Below, piece after piece: positions 57,958-64,000 of a DNA stretch of 64,000 bases (positions are counted from its first letter, which is position 1; every line of letters starts with the position of its first letter). This stretch comes from Macrostomum hystrix (taxonomy: Eukaryota; Animalia; Platyhelminthes). The translations under genes were made by a program, and so were the position numbers. The stretch is taken from positions 930,001 to 994,000 of the forward strand of contig CATNEN010000030.1 in assembly GCA_950097015.1 (NCBI GenBank), in the 5' to 3' direction. Below the pieces are notes generated by a model. The model had not been told where the DNA came from and did no database searches. It saw only the letters and a program-made list of their open reading frames with translations.

Positions 57958-58615
57958 CGATAGGATGATTTGGGATCAATATCGATTGAATGATTTGGGA
58001 TTAAAACCTACTGGATGATTTGTGGATCAGTATTAATTAGATGATTTGTGGATCAGTACCAATTAGATGATTTTTAGGATCAGTACCGATTAGATGATTT
58101 TTAGGATCAGTACCAATTAGATGATTTTTAGGATCAGTGTCAATTAGATGATTTTTGGGATCAGTACCAATAGATGATTTTAGAGATCAGTACCAATTAG
58201 ATGATTTTTGGGATCAGTACCAATTAGATGATTTTTGGGATCAGTGTCAATTAGATGATTTTTGGGATCAGTACCAATAGATGATTTTAGAGATCAGTAC
58301 CAATTAGATGATTTTTGGGATCAGTACCAATTAGATGATTTTTGGGATCAGTGTCAATTAGATGATTTTTGGGATCAGTATCAATTAGATGATTTTTGGG
58401 ATCAGTGTCAATTAGATGATTTTTGGGATCAGTGTCAATTAGATGATTTTTGGGATCAGTATTAATTAGATGATTTTTGGGATCAGTACCAATTAGATGA
58501 TTTTTGGGATCAGTGTCAATTAGATGATTTTTGGGATCAGTATTAATTAGATGATTTTTGGGATCAATATCGATGGGATGATTGGAATTTGGGGATTAAT
58601 ACGAGATAATTTGGG
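57958..58615. repeat. 27-bp minisatellite (TTAGATGATTTTTGGGATCAGTACCAA), LRRK intron 7
   Basis: 9-aa periodic ORF; degenerate edges. Confidence 0.93.
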
Positions 58616-58710
58616 ATCTCGTACCTGTGGCACGCAGATTTTGTGGTGGATATCTGTGGGATGCTTTGGGATTTGGGGATAAGTCAATAATTATTCTCCC
58701 TTCCTCGCAG

Positions 58711-58888
58711 GGTCGTGTCCAAGAGCTAGCGGCTAGCCGCGCCCTCACCAGAGAAATCTTGTCCTACTTGAAAAGCGTCAAGACAGAGTCTAGGCCCTAC
58801 AATCAGCTCAAACTGATGGTTGTCGGCAATGCGAACATTGGCAAGACCACGCTAATTAATAAGCTGAGAAAGCTTGAAGGTTCCGTTG
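58711..58888 (+). CDS. Lrrk: LRRK exon 8 (start of ROC GTPase, P-loop)
   Basis: ttcctcgcag|; YNQLKLMVVGNANIGKTTL; donor ttg|gtgagt, phase 1. Confidence 0.9.
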
Positions 58889-58994
58889 GTGAGTGCGGAT
58901 GCTTCATAAATCTAGGAGCTCTTACTGAAAAATTAAAATTAAAATTAATTAACTTGCATATCTGTAAACTACGAGTTATGAATCCTTATTACTA

Positions 58995-59322
58995 ATCCAC
59001 AATCTGAGGAGGGTGAGTGGCAGAGCTGTCAACGCGTTTGCCACTCGCATCAATGTCCCTGAGCGGATAGAGAAGGCTTGGAGGCTTGTCGTGCAATTTA
59101 CACCATTGAGAACCAACGTGTGAAAGTGTGAAAGTGTACACTGCCTGACGCCACACCCACCCTCAATTACCCCAGCTGATGCTGGCACCCATTTAACAGC
59201 TGGGTGAACTGAAGCAATTAAGAGTTAAGTGTCCTAAAGCTAAAGGACACAAATTTTTCCAGTCGACTCAGGAATCGAACCCCCGACCTTTAAGCCGTGA
59301 GTCCAATGCCTTAATCACAGCC
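58995..59322 (-). mobile_element. tRNA-derived SINE (head, central core, 3' tail) in LRRK intron 8
   Basis: The minus strand reads a tRNA-like head with B-box GGTTCGATTCC, then GTGTCC...GGACACTTAAC...CACCCAGCTGTTAAATGGGTGCC, then a tail shared with the copies at 3742 and 14128. Confidence 0.75.
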
Positions 59323-59418
59323 TTCCTGCTAATATTATTATTTATTATTATTATCATTAGCTACTAATAGTAATAATATTACTAATTGTTATTATTATTA
59401 TTATTAATTTTTTGTCAG

Positions 59419-59879
59419 GCAAATCCGACACCTGGGCGCACCGCCAGGGCCTTGAGAACCCCGGTCGGGACAGCGGCAAGATCCTGTCAACAGTTGGCGT
59501 CGACATTGGCGATCTGGTGATGCGCAGGAAAGGCTGCAGAATCGAAGAAATAATCTTTCGCACCTGGGATTTCGGCGGCCAGAAAGAGTATTACGCAACG
59601 CATCAATATTTCCTATCTAAGCGAGCCATCTACCTGGTAGTTTGGGATCTGCGAACCGGTGAGAGCGGCATGGAGAGTGTCCACCAGTGGCTGGTCAATA
59701 TCCACAGCCGGGCACCGAGATCCTCCGTCATCATTGTCGGCACGCATCTGGACGCCCTGGACATTGACGATAGACAGCTGAAGGAGGCGTACCTCAAGGA
59801 TATGCTTGCCTACGTTGAAAAGCGTTTCATGAAAGTTAATGAGCCTAGCAGTTTAGGCATCCCGATTGTGCGGAACCAG
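59419..59879 (+). CDS. Lrrk: LRRK exon 9 (ROC GTPase)
   Basis: ILSTVGVDI, FRTWDFGGQKEYYATHQYFLSKRAIYLVVW and IIVGTHLD are ROC signatures; donor cag|gtgaga. Confidence 0.92.
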
Positions 59880-59892
59880 GTGAGATTATTAG

Positions 59893-60625
59893 CGGACCAG
59901 TCTGAGGACCAAGATACAATAGAGGACAGTCTGAGGACCAATATACAATAGAGGACCAGTCTGAGAACCCAGATACAATAGAGGACCAGTCTGAGGACCA
60001 GGATACAATAGAGGACCAGTCTGAGAACCAAGATACAATAGAGGACCAGTCTGAGAACCCAGATGCAATAGAGGACCAGTCTGAGGACCAAGATACAATA
60101 GAGGACCAGTCTGAGAACCCAGATACAATAGAGGACCAGTCTGAGGACCAAGATACAATAGAGGACCAGTCTGAGAACCAAGATACAATAGAGGACCAGT
60201 CTGAGGACCAAGATACAATAGAGGACCAGTCTGAGGACCAATATACAATGGGTGAGCATTGTGAGGACCAAAATGCAATGGGGGAAGCATTTTGAGGACC
60301 AAGATACAAGAAAAGGACCAGTCTGAGGACCAAAATACAATTGAGAACCTGTATGGGAACCAAGATACAATACAGGACCAGTCTGACGACCAAGTTACAA
60401 TGGGTGAGCATTGTGAGGACCAAGATGCAATGGTGGAAGCATTCTGAGGACCATGATAAAAGAAAAGGACCAGTCTGAGGACCAAAATACAATTGAGAAC
60501 CTGTATAGGAACCAAGATACAATACGGGACCAGTCTGACGACCAAGATACAAGAAAAGGACCAGTCTGAGGACCAAGATACATTAGAGGACCATTCTGAG
60601 GACCAAAATATAAGAATTGGACCAG
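59893..60625. repeat. 30-bp minisatellite (GAGGACCAGTCTGAGGACCAAGATACAATA), LRRK intron 9
   Basis: Starts ~13 nt after the donor. Confidence 0.93.
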
Positions 60626-61149
60626 TCTCAAGGCCAAGTTGCCTTGTTTCGTTTTTTATTTTTTTCATAAAATATAGTTTATAGTTACTACAGCTCATAG
60701 TTCCTTAGTTCTAAGCCTTACTCTAGAAGAGTCATTACTATTCTAGCATTTCCTGATCACTCTCGGGCAGAATAGATTAGCGACTAGACCGATGCAGACC
60801 GACTCAAGTCCTTTCAGAAGCCGGCACTTTCTGATGCTTGTCCTCGCTTACCTATTCAGCAAAATTATTTACTCCACAATGCGGGAGAGAAAGAGTAGTA
60901 GAAATTGGAGGACATTAGCATCAGCTTTTTGTTTTTGTTTCTGCCCGGTCTCGCAAAGGGATTTTTTATTTGGGAAGGCAAGTGCAAAAACCAGTACAGC
61001 GCATTCAGATCGGTTATTGCAATAAAAATCCTTCCAGCTTATCTCTAGTGTACTGTTTTTGTATCTTTTTAGCTTCAACGCTTGGCTGCATCCCTTAAAT
61101 TATTACATCCGCGACATTACCACTCTTTATATTTTATCTGCCATTTTTC

Positions 61150-62025
61150 CCTTATGCCACTCTCCCCTATGCCATTCTCCCCCATGCCACTCTCCCCTAT
61201 ACCACTCTCCCCTATGCCACTCTCCCCTATGCCATTCTCCCCCATGCCACTCTCCCCTATGCCATTCTCCCCCATGCCACTCTCCCCTATGCCATTCTCC
61301 CCTATGCCACTCTCCCCTATGCCACTCTCCCCTATGCCATTCTCCCCCATGCCACTCTCCCCTATACCACTCTCCCCTATGCCACTCTCCCCTATGCCAT
61401 TCTCCCCCATGCCACTCTCCCCTATGCCACTCTCCCCTATACCACTCTCCCCTATACCACTCTCCCCTATGCCATTCTCCACTATGCCACTCTCCCCTAT
61501 GCCACTCTCCCCTATGCCATTCTCCCCCATGCCACTCTCCCCTATACCACTCTCCCCTATGCCACTCTCCCCTATGCCATTCTCCCCCATGCCACTCTCC
61601 CCTATGCCACTCTCCCCTATGCCACTCTCCCCTATGCCACTCTCCCCTATGCCACTCTCCCCTATGCCACTCTCCCCTATGCCACTCTCCCCTATGCCAC
61701 TCTCCCCTATGCCACTCTCCCCTATGCCATTCTCCCCTATGCCACTCTCCCCTATGCCACTCTCCCCTATACCACTCTCCCCTATGCCACTCTCCCCTAT
61801 GCCACTCTCCCCTATGCCACTCTCCCCTATGCCACTCTACCCTATGCCACTCTCCCCTATGCCACTCTCCCCTATGCCACTCTCCCCTATACCACTCTCC
61901 CCTATGCCACTCTCCCCTATGCCACTCTCCCCTATGTCATTCTCCCCTATGCCAATCTCCCCTATGCCACTCTCCCCTATGCCACTCTCCCCTATACCAC
62001 TCTCCCTATGCCACTCTCCCTATCT
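61150..62025. repeat. 15-bp minisatellite (CACTCTCCCCTATGC), LRRK intron 9
   Basis: 5-aa periodic ORFs. Confidence 0.95.
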
Positions 62026-62122
62026 GCAATTTTATTCCCGTCATATCTCTCTTTGCCATTCTGGCGCCTCCCTGCGTCATCTGTCATATGCTTAAAACGC
62101 ATTCCCTGCCACTGTACGTCAG

Positions 62123-62455
62123 ATTCACGTGAGCTGCGTTAGAGGCACCAATCTGCAGAGCCTAGCTGACCTGCTGTTCATGACTGCCAAGGATCTGACC
62201 CTGCCTGGCAGTCGCAATAGTTTCATAGTCGGCGAATCGATTCCAGCAATCTACATGGATCTGGAGACTGTGCTGCGAGATCTCGCCACAGAGCGCAGGA
62301 ACCAGTCAAGAGACCCGGTTCTGCCAGCGGAAGACTACGCCGGCATTGTACAGGACCGCATGCTCGACCGGTTCGGCAAATCTTTTGCCAACGCTAGCGA
62401 ACTGATGCAGGCCACCGCCTTTCTACACGATGTCGGCTCCATACTGCACTTTAAG
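62123..62455 (+). CDS. Lrrk: LRRK exon 10 (ROC end/COR start)
   Basis: gtcag|att cac; VSCVRGTNL, VGESIPAIYMDLE, ELMQATAFLHDVGSILHF; donor aag|gtttga. Confidence 0.88.
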
Positions 62456-62499
62456 GTTTGAAGGGGCAGGTCACATGGGCTGGCATGATGGGCTAGCAG

Positions 62500-63085
62500 C
62501 TTGGTTGACTGGGTTAGGCAGTTTAGTAGACTGGGTAGACAGTTAGGTAGATTGGGTAGACAGTTTGGTAGACTAGGTAGGCAGTTTGGTAGATTGGGTA
62601 GACAGTTTGGTAGACTAGGCAGGCAGTTTGGTAGATTGGGTAGACAGTTTGGTAGACTAGGCAGACAGTTAGGTAGATTGGGTAGACAGTTTGGTAGACT
62701 AGGTAGGCAGTTTGGTAGATTGGGTAGACAGTTTGGTAGACTAGGCAGGCAGTTTGGTAGATTGGGTAGACAGTTTGGTAGACTAGGCAGGCAGTTTGGT
62801 AGATTGGGTAGACAGTTTGGTAGACTAGGTAGGCAGTTTGGTAGATTGGGTAGACAGTTTGGTAGACTAGGCAGGCAGTTTGGTAGATTGGGTAGACAGT
62901 TTGGTAGACTAGGCAGGCAGTTTGGTAGATTGGGTAGACAGTTTGGTAGACTAGGTAGGCAGTTTGGTAGATTGGGTAGACAGTTTGGTAGACTAGGCAG
63001 GCAGTTTGGTAGATTGGGTAGACAGTTTAGTTGACAGGCAGCTATTTAGACTAAATAGCCAGGTTGGTAGACTGGGTAGGCCCGA
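62500..63085. repeat. 21-bp (42-bp dimer) minisatellite (GTAGATTGGGTAGACAGTTTG), LRRK intron 10
   Basis: 7-aa periodic ORF with alternating variants. Confidence 0.95.
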
Positions 63086-63147
63086 GTGGCAATTTTTGTT
63101 TTCGATTACCAATTTATCAAATATTTTTATCCCACGCATACTTCTAG

Positions 63148-63369
63148 GACGTTGGCCTGCGTGACATCTACTTCCTGGATCCTCAGTGGCTGTGCGACCT
63201 TCTAGCCAATGTTGTAACAACGCCAGAGAATAACAAGTGGGTTCGCGGCGGCCTCATGCCCGTTGAGCACCTGCACTGGGTGTTTCACGGCAACAGCAGC
63301 GCCTGCAGACCAGCAGAGATAAGAAGCTACATTGTGCGGCTGCTGGCTAAGTTTGAGCTGGCCCTGCTG
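63148..63369 (+). CDS. Lrrk: LRRK exon 11 (COR; not in the ORF track); the gene continues beyond the window
   Basis: cttctag|GAC; LRDIYFLDPQWLCDLLANVV...RLLAKFELAL; donor ctg|gtaagt. Confidence 0.9.
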
Positions 63370-63423
63370 GTAAGTCGTGTACTGCGACTCTACCGATCAT
63401 GCTTGCTCACACACCATATTGCA

Positions 63424-63995
63424 TCTGGTCTCTTCCCCTCTGTCTTCTGGTCTCTTCCCCTCTGTCTTCTGGTCTCTCCCCCTCTGTCTTCTGGTCTCTT
63501 CCCCTCTGTCTTCTGGTCTCTTCCCCTCTGTCTTCTGGTCTCTTCCCCTCTGTCTTCTGGTCTCTTCCCCTCTGTCTTCTGGTCTCTTCCCCTCTGTCTT
63601 CTGGTCTCTTCCCCTCTGTCTTCTGGTCTCTTCCCCTCTGTCTTCTGGTCTCTTCCCCTCTGTCTTCTGGTCTCTTCCCCTCTGTCTTCTGGTCTCTTCC
63701 CCTCTGTCTTCTGGTCTCTTCCCCTCTGTCTTCTGGTCTCTTCCCCTCTGTCTTCTGGTCTCTTCCCCTCTGTCTTCTGGTCTCTTCCCCTCTGTCTTCT
63801 GGTCTCTTCCCCTCTGTCTTCTGGTCTCTTCCCCTCTGTCTTCTGGTCTCTTCCCCTCTGTCTCTCCACCTCTTCCCCTCTGTCTCCCCTTCTCTTCCCC
63901 TTTGTCTCCAGTCTCTTCCCATCTGTCTCCCCTACTCTTCCCTCTGTCTCCCCTTCTCTTCCCATTTGTCTCCCCGTCTCTTCCCCTCTGCCTCC
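63424..63995. repeat. 22-bp minisatellite (TCTCTTCCCCTCTGTCTTCTGG), LRRK intron 11
   Basis: 22-aa periodic ORFs. Confidence 0.95.
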
Positions 63996-64000
63996 CACCG

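Noticed and set aside
59255-59322. tRNA genes at 59255-59322, 29290-29342 and ~20590
   Set aside because: A/B-box-like heads without a complete acceptor stem; two are joined to SINE core sequence.

Overview
Eukaryotic (animal) genomic DNA, not prokaryotic. The GC-rich exons with poly-Ala/Gln/Gly runs, AT-rich spacers and about 48% tandem repeat (my rough sum, ~31 kb) resemble the flatworm Macrostomum; this is an inference. Ten protein-coding genes can be reconstructed with phase-compatible GT-AG introns. On the + strand: the last two exons of KRIT1/CCM1, MED21, GPALPP1-like, an unrecognised ~480-aa gene, a single-domain thioredoxin, a SEC14/CRAL-TRIO protein, an NK3/bagpipe homeobox gene, CABCOCO1-like, and the first 11 exons of an ANK-LRR-ROC-COR LRRK gene that runs off the right end. 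On the - strand: an intronless, unusually divergent proteasome ATPase Rpt3/PSMC4. About 28 minisatellite arrays, nearly all with their own unit, fill every intron longer than ~650 nt and most spacers. Mobile DNA comprises an internally deleted mariner, tRNA-SINE copies and a 46-bp hAT-like micro-element with an 8-bp target duplication. The most interesting observations are: (1) six co-oriented genes with 3' splice acceptors just upstream of their ATGs, a candidate SL trans-spliced operon; (2) the 'one private minisatellite per intron' architecture; (3) the divergent Rpt3 paralogue. Six apparent +1 frameshifts in three genes are most likely long-read homopolymer errors. Most long ORFs in the ORF track are repeat artefacts. 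Homology calls are from remembered family sequences, not database searches, and array boundaries are approximate.
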